This document shows, piece after piece, positions 1-8,575 of a stretch of DNA of 20,458 nt. Origin of the DNA: an uncultured Candidatus Rokubacteria bacterium (GTDB lineage: Bacteria > Methylomirabilota > Methylomirabilia > Rokubacteriales > DASRDR01). Numbering within the stretch: position 1 is the stretch's first letter; each line of letters starts with the position of its first letter. Position numbers and translations under genes: made by a program. The notes below the pieces were generated by a model. That model did no database searches and had not been told where the DNA came from. It saw nothing but the letters and a program-made list of their open reading frames with translations. The stretch is taken from positions 1 to 20,458 of the forward strand of contig CAWDVE010000006.1 in the NCBI GenBank assembly GCA_963805625.1, given 5' to 3'.

Positions 1-20
1 GCAAGGGCCGGCCGGATGCC

Positions 21-50
21 TTGACACCCCCTCACGCGTCCGACGACGAT
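21..50 (+). promoter_or_regulatory. Possible sigma-70 promoter for the ABC operon
   Basis: Perfect TTGACA at 21-26, 18-nt spacer, weak -10 GACGAT at 45-50; strong RBS AAGGAAGGAG precedes the ATG at 116. Confidence 0.35.
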
Positions 51-115
51 GGGCGTGGCGCGCCCGCGGCGGGACCCGCGCGCCCGACTCTCGAGGCCAA
101 GGAAGGAGACCGACC

Positions 116-1678
116 ATGACGGAGCCGCTCGCTCGCACGACCCCTCTCTCGCGACGCGCCCTCCTCGCCGGCGGCGGCGCGGCGGCCCTGGGCGCGGCCA
201 GCCTCCTCCCGCGGCGGGCCCGCGCCCAGGGGAAGCCCGGCGGCGTCCTCACGGTCGCCAGCTCGGCGCTGCCCCCGAACATCGAGCCTCACATGCAGGG
301 GCTCGACATCTTCCAGCGCCGGAAGCCGCTCGTCTACGAGAACCTGGTCTGGATCGACCACGGCCTCGAGGCGAAGCCGGAGCTGGCCGAGCGCTGGGAG
401 CAGCGGTCGCCCACCGAGTACGTATTCCACCTCCGCCGCGGCGTGCGCTTCCACGACGGCACCGAGATGGGCGCCGAGGACGTGAAGTACACGTACGACC
501 GGGTCCGCGACCCCAAGGTCAGCCCGGGCGCGAACGACCTTACCTTCGTCAAGCAGATCGACGTCGTCGACCGCGCGACCGTCCGCTTCGTCCTGAGCGC
601 GCCGGCGGCGACCTTCCTCGTCAACCTGGGCGGGAAGTACAACGGCGTGATCCCGAAGGACTCGGCCGGCGACGGCAAGGCCCTCCTCACCAAGGCCGCC
701 GGCACGGGCCCGTTCATGGTGGAGGAGTTCGACCCGAGCCGGCGCTGGGCCCTCAAGCGGAACCCGGCCTACTGGGGCGCGCAGAAGCCGCTGCTCGACG
801 GGATCGTGTACCAGGCGATCCCCGACGAGTCGTCGATCGTGGCGGGGCTGCGGACGGGCCAGGTCCACCTGGCGGAGTTCTCGTCGGCCCTGTCCTTCCA
901 GGTGGCCAAGAGCGTCGCGACGATCGACACGGTCCAGGCGCCCTCCACGCGGTGGGTCGTCCTCGACCTCGCCGGCGACCAGGAGCCGACGGCGAAGCCG
1001 GAGGTGCGCCAGGCCATCGCGCTGGCGCTCGACCGCCAGGCCATCCTCCAGATCGCCGGCTCGGGGCTCGGCCAGCGGCTCGGCGTGCTGCCGCCCGGTC
1101 TCACCTACTGGGCCCTGCCGTGGTCGGAGCTGCCGAACCAGCAGCGCGACGTGGCCAAGGCCAGGGCGCTCCTCCAACGGGCCGGCTACCCCGGCCGCGT
1201 GGCCATGAAGATCCGCAACATCGTCGGCTTCCCGGCACTGGCGGCGGCCCTGCCCGTGATCGTCGAGAACCTGAAGGAGGCGGGGATCGACGTGGCCGTC
1301 GAGACCGTGGACGGCGGCGTCTGGATCAAGGACTGGGTCGTCCCGCAGTCGCCGCCGACCATGAACGAGTGGGGCGGCTTCGTCGACCCCGACCAGGCCT
1401 TCCACCGGCACTTCCACTCCGCGCCGGGGGGGAAGGACTTCCGCCGCTGGAAGAACGCCAAGGCCGACGAGCTGCTCGACGCCGGCCGGACGACGCTCGA
1501 CCGCGCGCGGCGCAAGCCCCTCTACGACCAGGTCCAGCGGCTCCTCGCGGAGGACCCGATCTCGCTGCCGCTCTACTCCCCCGATCTCCTGTACGCCATG
1601 CAGAAGACGGTCAAGGGGTTCCAGCCCCACCCGACCGGCTTCCACTACGGCCTTCGCTTCGCCTGGCTCGACCGCTAG
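116..1678 (+). CDS. ABC transporter substrate-binding protein, family 5 (DppA/OppA/NikA-like), Tat-exported
   Basis: 520 aa; twin-arginine motif LSRRALL, hydrophobic stretch and ARA|Q cleavage site; family-5 signatures PELAERWE, FHLRRGVRFHDG, GTGPF, VRQAIALALDR; RBS present. Confidence 0.93.
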   Translation: MTEPLARTTPLSRRALLAGGGAAALGAASLLPRRARAQGKPGGVLTVASSALPPNIEPHMQGLDIFQRRKPLVYENLVWIDHGLEAKPELAERWEQRSPTEYVFHLRRGVRFHDGTEMGAEDVKYTYDRVRDPKVSPGANDLTFVKQIDVVDRATVRFVLSAPAATFLVNLGGKYNGVIPKDSAGDGKALLTKAAGTGPFMVEEFDPSRRWALKRNPAYWGAQKPLLDGIVYQAIPDESSIVAGLRTGQVHLAEFSSALSFQVAKSVATIDTVQAPSTRWVVLDLAGDQEPTAKPEVRQAIALALDRQAILQIAGSGLGQRLGVLPPGLTYWALPWSELPNQQRDVAKARALLQRAGYPGRVAMKIRNIVGFPALAAALPVIVENLKEAGIDVAVETVDGGVWIKDWVVPQSPPTMNEWGGFVDPDQAFHRHFHSAPGGKDFRRWKNAKADELLDAGRTTLDRARRKPLYDQVQRLLAEDPISLPLYSPDLLYAMQKTVKGFQPHPTGFHYGLRFAWLDR

Positions 1679-1785
1679 GGTCGCTTCGCGCTGTTCCGCC
1701 GAGCGCGGCGCTCGGGGGAACGCCGGGTTGGACCCCGGCGACAGGACCCACGGTGCTTCATCGGAGCGCCCTGGAAGGGCGCTAG
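1678..1785. repeat. Cluster of GC-rich hairpins (REP-like or mRNA-stabilising structure) between SBP and permease
   Basis: Stems CCGAGCGC/GCGCTCGG (1699-1715), CGCCGGG/CCCGGCG (1721-1740) and AGCGCCCT/AGGGCGCT (1765-1783); no poly-U tail. Confidence 0.55.
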
Positions 1786-1854
1786 GCGCGGCGCACCCGG
1801 CGGCGGGCCGGACCTCGGCCCTATAGCCGCGGCGGCCCGCCTTTCGGCCTCGCC

Positions 1855-2805
1855 GTGCGCGCGTACCTCCTGACCCGGCTCTCCGCCATGGCGCTCACGC
1901 TACTCGGCGTGAGCGTGCTCGTCTTCGCCATGATCCGGCTCGTCCCCGGCACGGTCGTCGAGCAGCTCCTCGGCCAGGCGGCGATCGCCTCGCCGGAGGT
2001 GCTGGCGAGCTTCCGCCGGTTCTTCGGCCTCGACCGCCCCCTCCACGTCCAGTACCTGGCCTGGCTGGGCGGGGTGGTGCGGGGTGACCTGGGGACGTCC
2101 TGGCTCTCGGGGCGGCCGGTGCTCGGGCTGTTCCTGGAGCGCGTGCCGGTGTCGGCGGAGCTGGCCGTCCTCGCGGTGGGCTGGTCGCTCTGCCTCGGGA
2201 TCCCCCTCGGGGTCGCGTCGGCGACGCGTCCGGGCGGGACGCGCGACGGCCTGATCCGCGTCCTGGCGACGCTCGGCCTCGCCCTCCCGGCCTTCTGGCA
2301 GGGCACCGTGCTGATCCTGGTCTTCTCCGTGTACCTCGGCTGGATGCCCTCGCTCCAGTGGGTGCCCTTCCTCCGCGATCCGGCCGCGAACCTCCTCATC
2401 ATGGCGCTGCCGGCGCTGACCCTCGGGACGGCGACGGCAGCGACGATCACGCGGATGTCGCGCTCGTCCATGCTCGACGTGCTGGGCCGCGAGTTCGTGC
2501 GGACGGCGCAGGCGAAGGGGCTCGCCGACCGGCGCGTCACCTACCATCACGCGCTGCGAAACGCGCTGATCCCCGTCGTCACGGTGGCGGGCGTCCAGCT
2601 GGGCTACGTGGTGGGCGGCCTGGTCGTCGTCGAGGACGTGTTCACGCTGCCCGGCGTGGGCCGGCTCCTACTCGACGCGATCTTCCAGCGGGACTACCCG
2701 GTCGTGCAGGGCGTCATCCTGCTGCTGGCGGCAACCTTCATGGCCCTGAACCTTGCCGTGGACCTCCTCTACGCCGTCCTGGACCCGCGGCTCCGTCGTG
2801 GCTAG
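1855..2805 (+). CDS. ABC transporter permease (DppB/OppB family)
   Basis: GTG start, 316 aa; GLDRPLHVQYLAW, GDLGTS, EAA loop EFVRTAQAKGL, VFTLPGVGRLL, RDYPVVQG, C-terminal LYAVLDPR. Confidence 0.93.
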   Translation: MRAYLLTRLSAMALTLLGVSVLVFAMIRLVPGTVVEQLLGQAAIASPEVLASFRRFFGLDRPLHVQYLAWLGGVVRGDLGTSWLSGRPVLGLFLERVPVSAELAVLAVGWSLCLGIPLGVASATRPGGTRDGLIRVLATLGLALPAFWQGTVLILVFSVYLGWMPSLQWVPFLRDPAANLLIMALPALTLGTATAATITRMSRSSMLDVLGREFVRTAQAKGLADRRVTYHHALRNALIPVVTVAGVQLGYVVGGLVVVEDVFTLPGVGRLLLDAIFQRDYPVVQGVILLLAATFMALNLAVDLLYAVLDPRLRRG

Positions 2806-3658
2806 GGCGGAGGCCGGCACGGGCGCCGGCGCGCAGCGCGCCCGCCGTCCGGCGCAGGGCGCGCTCTTCCGGGCCGCAGGGGCGCTGCTCCTGGTCGTCG
2901 TGGCGCTCGGCATCGGCGCGGAGTGGGTCGCCCCGTACTCGCCGACGGCGGTCGACGCCCAGGGCCTCTTCCAGGCGCCGGGCCCGCGCCACTGGATGGG
3001 CACCGACCGCTTCGGGCGGGACCTCCTCTCGCGCGTCCTCTTCGGCGTGCGGGTCTCGCTGGGGATCGCGGGGGCGGCGATCGCGATCGCGCTCGCCGCG
3101 GGGAGCGCGCTCGGCCTCCTGGCCGGCCTCGGCCGAGCCCTCGACCAGCTCTGCGGGCGCCTGATGGACGTCTTCTTCGCGTTCCCGCCGATCCTGCTCG
3201 CGATCGCGGTCGCCGCGGTCCTGGGCGCCGGGATCGGCAGCGCGATCGCAGCCATCGCGGTGGTCTACGCGCCGCTCTTCTTCCGGGTCGTGCGGGGCGC
3301 GGTCCTCGCCGAGTCGGCCCAGGCGTACGTGGAGGCGGCCGAAGCGCTGGGATGGAGCCGCGGCGCCATCCTGGTCCGTCACGTCCTGCCGAACGCGGTA
3401 TCGCCGGTCATCGTCCAGACGGCGGTGTGCCTCTCCTACGGCATCCTGATCGAGTCCGCGCTCTCCTACCTCGGCGTGGGCGTGCAGCCGCCCACGCCGT
3501 CGTGGGGGACCATCCTCAACGAGGGGAAGGAGTTCCTCGCGCTCGCGCCCTGGGTGTCGCTCTTCCCGGGCGGCGCCATCATGCTCACGGTGCTCGCGCT
3601 GAACGTCGTCGGGGACGGGCTCCGGGACAGCCTCGACCCCCGCGCGGTCACGCGATAA
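2798..3658 (+). CDS. ABC transporter permease (DppC/OppC family)
   Basis: HWMGTDRFGRDLLSR, EAA loop AYVEAAEALG, HVLPN, LSYLGVGVQPPTPSWG, GDGLRDSLDPR; the likely start GTG at 2798 overlaps the upstream stop (start approximate). Confidence 0.92.
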   Translation: MARAEAGTGAGAQRARRPAQGALFRAAGALLLVVVALGIGAEWVAPYSPTAVDAQGLFQAPGPRHWMGTDRFGRDLLSRVLFGVRVSLGIAGAAIAIALAAGSALGLLAGLGRALDQLCGRLMDVFFAFPPILLAIAVAAVLGAGIGSAIAAIAVVYAPLFFRVVRGAVLAESAQAYVEAAEALGWSRGAILVRHVLPNAVSPVIVQTAVCLSYGILIESALSYLGVGVQPPTPSWGTILNEGKEFLALAPWVSLFPGGAIMLTVLALNVVGDGLRDSLDPRAVTR

Positions 3659-3703
3659 GCCGGCGACGCCGGGACGGCGCCGCCGCGGAGTCGGGAGCCT
3701 CGC

Positions 3704-4189
3704 ATGCCCTGGCAGCCCAGCACGAAGATCGGTGGCCTCACCGAGGCCGAGACGGCGGCCTTCCTCGCCGAGCCCTGGAACGCGCGGCTGGCGACCCTCG
3801 GCCCGGACGGCTGGCCCTACGTCGCCCCCGTGTGGTACGAGTTCGACCCCGCGGCCCGCGTGTTCCTGGTGGTCGGCCGCGAGCGCGCCGAGTGGGTCGG
3901 CCACGTCCGCGCCGACCCCCGGGTCGCGCTGCACGTGGCGGACGACGAGCACGCGGAGCACACGCGCGTGTCGGTCCAGGGGCGGGCCGCGATCGTGGAG
4001 GGCCCCGTCGCGCCGGCGTCGAGCCCGCGCCTCGGCCCCCTCACCCGCCGCCTCTCGCTCCGCTACCTCGGCCCAGACGGCCCGACCTACGCGGCGCGCA
4101 CGATCGCGCGGCCGCGCGTGCTGGTCGAGATCCGTCCCGAGCGCTGGCTCACCTGGACCGGTCGCGAGTGGCACCAGCGATACCGCTGA
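3704..4189 (+). CDS. Pyridoxamine 5'-phosphate oxidase-like (split-barrel flavin/F420-binding) protein
   Basis: 161 aa; ARLATLGPDGWPYVAPVWY, VRADPRVAL, VSVQGRA and RVLVEIRPERW match the PPOX-class pattern; GGGAG RBS. Confidence 0.82.
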   Translation: MPWQPSTKIGGLTEAETAAFLAEPWNARLATLGPDGWPYVAPVWYEFDPAARVFLVVGRERAEWVGHVRADPRVALHVADDEHAEHTRVSVQGRAAIVEGPVAPASSPRLGPLTRRLSLRYLGPDGPTYAARTIARPRVLVEIRPERWLTWTGREWHQRYR

Positions 4190-4319
4190 GCGGCGGGTAC
4201 CGTCGCCCGGGCGCAGGGCAAGCGAACCCTCGCGCCGACCGGCTCCCGTCATGGTGTCCGACCGTGAGGCGGGGTGCGGCGGTCCGCTATTCGGCTCCAC
4301 GACAAGCACCCACGGCGAG

Positions 4320-4464
4320 TGGTGTCCCCGACGGGACACGTCAGGTGGTGGCACGCGCGCTGACCGTCCCGGTCCACGGCATCGCCCACGCGGCGTAGTG
4401 ACTTGACGCGAAACAAGCGCAGGAAGCGAATAAGGGGCTTTCCATCAGGCTTCGAACCCGTGTT
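4320..4464 (-). mobile_element. Split tRNA 3'-end remnant (att-site-like scar), probably derived from tRNA-Glu
   Basis: The minus strand reads AACACGGGTTCGAA (4464-4451), then 114 unrelated nt, then TCCCGTCGGGGACACCA (4336-4320). Joined, these form a T-arm (ACGGG-TTCGAAT-CCCGT), an acceptor 3' strand and CCA. No 5' tRNA half or integrase is visible. Confidence 0.55.
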
Positions 4465-4666
4465 CAGTCACGATCGCCCCTTGGCCCATCGATTCGCACT
4501 GTTAGAAGAGTACGAGCAACGCACGCGCCGATCGAATAGCGATGGCTCCAGACGAAAATGGCCTCGTGTGACGGTGGGACCCCGCAACTCAACTCCGTGC
4601 TCCGCGGACTCATGAAGCGTTCGCGGCTAGGAGGAGCTCCGCGGCAACCTCGCGGGCCTTCGCGTC

Positions 4667-6175
4667 TCAGCTTCGCCCGCTACCCGCCCGAAGGCGGTCC
4701 CGGCGCATGATCATCTGGCGGGTCAGCGGCTCGACGGGGGCGCGGTCGTCCGTGAGGATGATCGCGCCGCCCGGCACGGACCTCCGGAGCGCGGACGCCG
4801 TCTTGCGAGCAACCGACTGGAGCTCGCCGGGCAGCGCGGGGCTCGTGAGCAGCGCCCGCACGGCATCGAGCGAGGTCGGCTCCCGGAACGCGATCAGCAC
4901 GCGCTCCTCCTCCACCTGGAGCTCGAGGACGGTGGGGAACACCGTCGCCAGGGTCGCGACCACGGCCTCGGCAAGCGTGGAGTCGCCTCCCGGGGCGTAG
5001 ACGTTCATGGACAGGAGACCGGTGGGCGCGAGCCTCGCCCTCGCCGCCGTGAAGAACTCGGCGGTCAGGCAGTAGAAGGGCGCGTAGGGGCCGCCGGCGA
5101 AGACGTCGACCTCGATGACGTCGAAGAGCTCGCGTCCCCGCCTCAGGAACGGCCGAGCGTCCTCGACGTGGACCTCGAGGTCGGGCCCCCGCTCGAGGCC
5201 CAGGTACTCGTGGGCGACCCGCACGACGAGGGGGTCGATCTCGACCGCGGTGACGTGCGCTCCGGGATAGAGGCGCCGGTAGGCCGCGGCGGTCGTCCCG
5301 CCGCCCATCCCCAGGACCAGCACCCGCCGGCCCCGGGCGAGGAGCGGCCCGAGGGAGAGGACGTCGTAGTAGCCGCCGGTGAGCACGCCGTCGCCGGGCC
5401 GGACCGAATGGGAGCCCTCACGGAGGCTGTTCAGGACGAGCAGCCGGTCCCCGCCCTCGTCCGCGACGAAGACGCTGTTGTAGGGCGACTCCCCGGCGAA
5501 GACGATGCCGGGGAGAAGCGGCGGATCGGGCGCCAGGAAGGGAAGGCCCGCCAGGGTGAGGGTGAGGGCCGCACGCCCGGCTCGCGAGGCCGGCCAGGCG
5601 AGCCCCGCGATGCCGAGCGCTACCAGAGCCACGAACAGGATCCGAAGGGTGTGGCGGCTGCCGTAGTCCGGGATCCACCAGAAGGCGGTGACGAAGGTGC
5701 CGGCGAGGCTGCCCACGGTGGAGAGGGCGAAGACGCGCCCGGCCGTGAACCCGAGCGAGGAGAGCTGACCCTCCAGCTTCACCACGAATGGTGACACTGA
5801 CCCCAGCACGATCATCGGCGGACCGAGGAGCGCGGCGGTCGAGACGATTGGGCCGAGCATGGCCCCCAGCCGCTCCGCCCCGTCGAGCGCGGCCTCCGCC
5901 ATCAGGAGGTCGGCGGCCACCCAAACGGCGCCCGCGAGCAGGAGGCCGAAGACCCACCGCGGCCGCGGGCGGCGGTCGGCCAGCGCCCCGCCGGCAAGGT
6001 ACCCGAGCGCCAGTGCAGCCATGATCGCGCCGAGGAGCCCGCCCCACACGTAGGTCGAGGCGCCGAAGCGGGGGGCGAGGAGCCGGAGGCCGACGAGCTC
6101 GAGCCCCATGATGGCGGCCCCCGAGAGCACCGGGGCCAGGAGGAGTGCGAGCCGGGGCGCGCTTGCTCCCTTCAT
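4667..6175 (-). CDS. Fused MFS-like membrane domain / spermidine synthase-like SAM-dependent transferase
   Basis: N-terminal TM region (SGAAIMGLELVGLRLLAPRFGAS, GGALADR, STVGSLAGTF); C-terminal VLVLGMGGG, AVEIDP, EDARPFL, FDVIEVDVF, LTDDRAPVE. Start reassigned to the ATG at 6175 (MKGASAP). Confidence 0.87.
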   Translation of the reverse strand: MKGASAPRLALLLAPVLSGAAIMGLELVGLRLLAPRFGASTYVWGGLLGAIMAALALGYLAGGALADRRPRPRWVFGLLLAGAVWVAADLLMAEAALDGAERLGAMLGPIVSTAALLGPPMIVLGSVSPFVVKLEGQLSSLGFTAGRVFALSTVGSLAGTFVTAFWWIPDYGSRHTLRILFVALVALGIAGLAWPASRAGRAALTLTLAGLPFLAPDPPLLPGIVFAGESPYNSVFVADEGGDRLLVLNSLREGSHSVRPGDGVLTGGYYDVLSLGPLLARGRRVLVLGMGGGTTAAAYRRLYPGAHVTAVEIDPLVVRVAHEYLGLERGPDLEVHVEDARPFLRRGRELFDVIEVDVFAGGPYAPFYCLTAEFFTAARARLAPTGLLSMNVYAPGGDSTLAEAVVATLATVFPTVLELQVEEERVLIAFREPTSLDAVRALLTSPALPGELQSVARKTASALRRSVPGGAIILTDDRAPVEPLTRQMIMRRDRLRAGSGRS

Positions 6176-6248
6176 TCCCGTCCTGCTTCCAGTGGCTACC
6201 GCTTGGTCCACGGCAACCGGTAACGAACAGTCCATCGCGCTTCGCCGA

Positions 6249-7195
6249 TCAGAAGTAAAGGCTAAGCCCGAGGAACGGCCCCGACATCGAAACGTCCGCG
6301 TTGAAGGTCCGTCGGCCACTGTTCTTCTCAAGGTCGATATCCATGTAGCGCCAGCCCGCGAAGGCGGACCAGCGGTCGGCGAAGCGCCAGTTCAGCCCCG
6401 CGATGAGGTTGTAGGTGAGCTCGGTCTGGTTGTCAGAGATCCCGAAGCCGCCGACGTCGCCGCGGAACCAGAGCTCGAGCGTGTCCGTGATGTGGTAGGT
6501 GATCCGCCCGCCCACGATGGGGTCGATCACGTTGGCGCTGTCGGAGACTTTCCGGTTGGGAAAGCCAAGCGAGACATCCATCCAGATGAAGCGCCCTCCG
6601 GCCAGCGGCTCGAACGTGAGCCATCCCGCCCGGCCCAGCGACACTGGGCCGAGGCGGTACGTCGCCCCGAACTCGAAGAACAGCAGCTGGACGTTGGTGC
6701 TCACCGAAATCCCGTTCTGCGTCTCGCTCTGCCCCACGCTCATGTAGAGGAGATCGCCGAACGCGGTCCACTTCTCGACCGTCGCCTCAGCCTGGGCGCC
6801 GAAGGCGAAATGAAGCTGCGGGACGATGTCCACGAAGTCGATGGTCGTCGACCGGGTGACCTCGCCCACGTCGAGGGTCATCTCCATGCGTGGCCCCACA
6901 GGTACGGGCCCAGACGGAACTTCCACTTGTCGGTCTCCGCGTTCGCTCCCGCGCCGCCGCCCTGGGCGACCAGCACCGATCCGGGCGTGAGCGACGCGAC
7001 CACACTCCGCCCGATCGCAGCACTGCCGTCGCGGCTCGCCTCGGGCTCGTCCAGTCCAAACTGCCGGCCCTCCGCCCACCCGTCATCCGCATGAGCCGTC
7101 CATGAGCCCAGCCCCGTGCAGATGGCTATCAGACCAACACAGGCCCATCTCCGTATCCGTCTTCCACGAACCAGGTCTACCTCTCGTCCTTTCAC
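6249..7195 (-). pseudogene. Probable outer-membrane beta-barrel protein with a one-base frameshift near 6895
   Basis: The signal peptide and WKFRLGPYLWG (ORF 6878-7195) join PRMEMTLDV... (ORF 6249-7079) if one G is added to the GGGG run; alternating beta pattern, DPIVGGR, GDVGGFG and C-terminal GPFLGLSLYF. Could be an intact gene with a sequencing error. Confidence 0.75.
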
Positions 7196-7208
7196 CTCGA
7201 TAGACCTT

Positions 7209-8432
7209 TCAGAACAGCGCCTTCAGCACGCGCTCGAGCAATTGCTCCACCGAGAACGTCGTCAGCAGCAACGGGGCAACCGGCAGCAGCGTGGTCGCCG
7301 CCAGCCACGTCACGTTCTTCCTGCCGAACGTCACCCACCCAATGCCCTCGACCACCTCATAGCCGTTGTGCAGGTCGGCCAGCGACTGGATGTCCGCGCT
7401 GCCGAGCAGCGGCTCGTCGTCCGGGCGGCTCCCGCGAATCCACTTACGGTTGAACTCGCGCGCATACTGCTGTCCCATACTGCCGTATTCCTCCATTCCC
7501 TCGCGCCGGGCCGCTCGGAGCTGTGGCGTGAACACCAGCAGCGGTCCGAGGACGAGGAACGCCAGCAGCCCCACAGTGCCGACGATCTCGACCTTGAAGT
7601 CGAGCAGCTTCGCGCCCTCGTAGAAGATCCGGTTGGCAATCATTCCGGCGAGGACCGTGCCCAGCGCGAGTGGCACCATGTTGTACGCGAGCTCGGTTCG
7701 GGCGAGAAAGTGCAGTCCGGCCGTGCCGTCCGGATGCGTCGGCTCCAGGTTCAGTTTCGTGCGCGACACCTGCCACAGGAAGCGCGCCCAGATGAAGAAC
7801 CTGAAACCCCACCGCACCAGCAGGAACTGGAACACGGGCATGCTCACGAGCCCCGCCCACCAGCCGGCCAGCGACGGCTGCAGGGACCCACCCTCGACGG
7901 TGGCGTACCAGCTGGTCACACCGAGCGCCACCCGATCGCGCCAGACGAACGGCACTCCCACGCTGTACACGAACACGATCAACAGCAGCTCTGGCACGAC
8001 GGAGTTGCGCAGTCGCATGGCGGAAGCAATGGCGGCGTCGAACTGCGAGCGCGCCGCGTCCGGGATCAGGCCGCGCTCCACGAACAGCCCCACGATCTGG
8101 GGCATCACCCGGTGAACCCTGACCTCCGCCAGGATCAACAACGGCGCCGCGATCAGCAGGCGCAGTTGCGTCTCAACGTCCTGCAGGAACATCACCCTCC
8201 CGCTGCCTCCCCAGGCGTTCCGTTCGGCGATCGACAACAGCAGTAACGGCACCCAGGTGACCAGGGCCGTGACGAGCACGCGCCGGCGCGCCAACTCCAG
8301 TGCGTCTCCGGACAGCCGCGTACGTCGCCAGAACCGGTAGAGCAGCCCGCCGCTCACGAGGGAGAACGCGCTGACTTCCTTCAAGGGCGTCTTGCTGACG
8401 CCGGCGGATGCCTCGGGGTGACTCTTCGACAT
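7209..8432 (-). CDS. Hypothetical polytopic membrane protein
   Basis: Start at ATG 8432 (MSKSHPE) after a GGAGG RBS; about 407 aa with many hydrophobic segments; motifs HPDGTAGLHFL and LLGSADIQSLADL. Confidence 0.8.
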   Translation of the reverse strand: MSKSHPEASAGVSKTPLKEVSAFSLVSGGLLYRFWRRTRLSGDALELARRRVLVTALVTWVPLLLLSIAERNAWGGSGRVMFLQDVETQLRLLIAAPLLILAEVRVHRVMPQIVGLFVERGLIPDAARSQFDAAIASAMRLRNSVVPELLLIVFVYSVGVPFVWRDRVALGVTSWYATVEGGSLQPSLAGWWAGLVSMPVFQFLLVRWGFRFFIWARFLWQVSRTKLNLEPTHPDGTAGLHFLARTELAYNMVPLALGTVLAGMIANRIFYEGAKLLDFKVEIVGTVGLLAFLVLGPLLVFTPQLRAARREGMEEYGSMGQQYAREFNRKWIRGSRPDDEPLLGSADIQSLADLHNGYEVVEGIGWVTFGRKNVTWLAATTLLPVAPLLLTTFSVEQLLERVLKALF

Positions 8433-8575
8433 CGTGACCTCCGGCTTCCGCGATCTCAGCCTTGCTCTTTGAAGAGCAGCATCCGGTCGGGACTGAGCTC
8501 GTGCCTGGCGTCCATGGACGCCCTGAGCTCTGACGCCCCGGCGGTGCCCATGCCCCGCCGTGCGTTGCCTGCCCG

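Noticed and set aside
32-4398. Long antisense and alternate-frame ORFs (32-1645, 49-1785, 2738-4354, 2923-4398)
   Set aside because: Arg/Pro/Gly-rich shadow ORFs expected in very high-GC DNA, overlapping well-supported genes.
4320-4520. Complete tRNA gene
   Set aside because: No D-arm, anticodon arm or 5' acceptor strand can be found next to the T-arm fragment.
4403-4615. 70-aa ORF MTRNKRRKR...GFEPVF
   Set aside because: TTG start without an RBS; GFEPVF is just the antisense reading of the tRNA T-arm.
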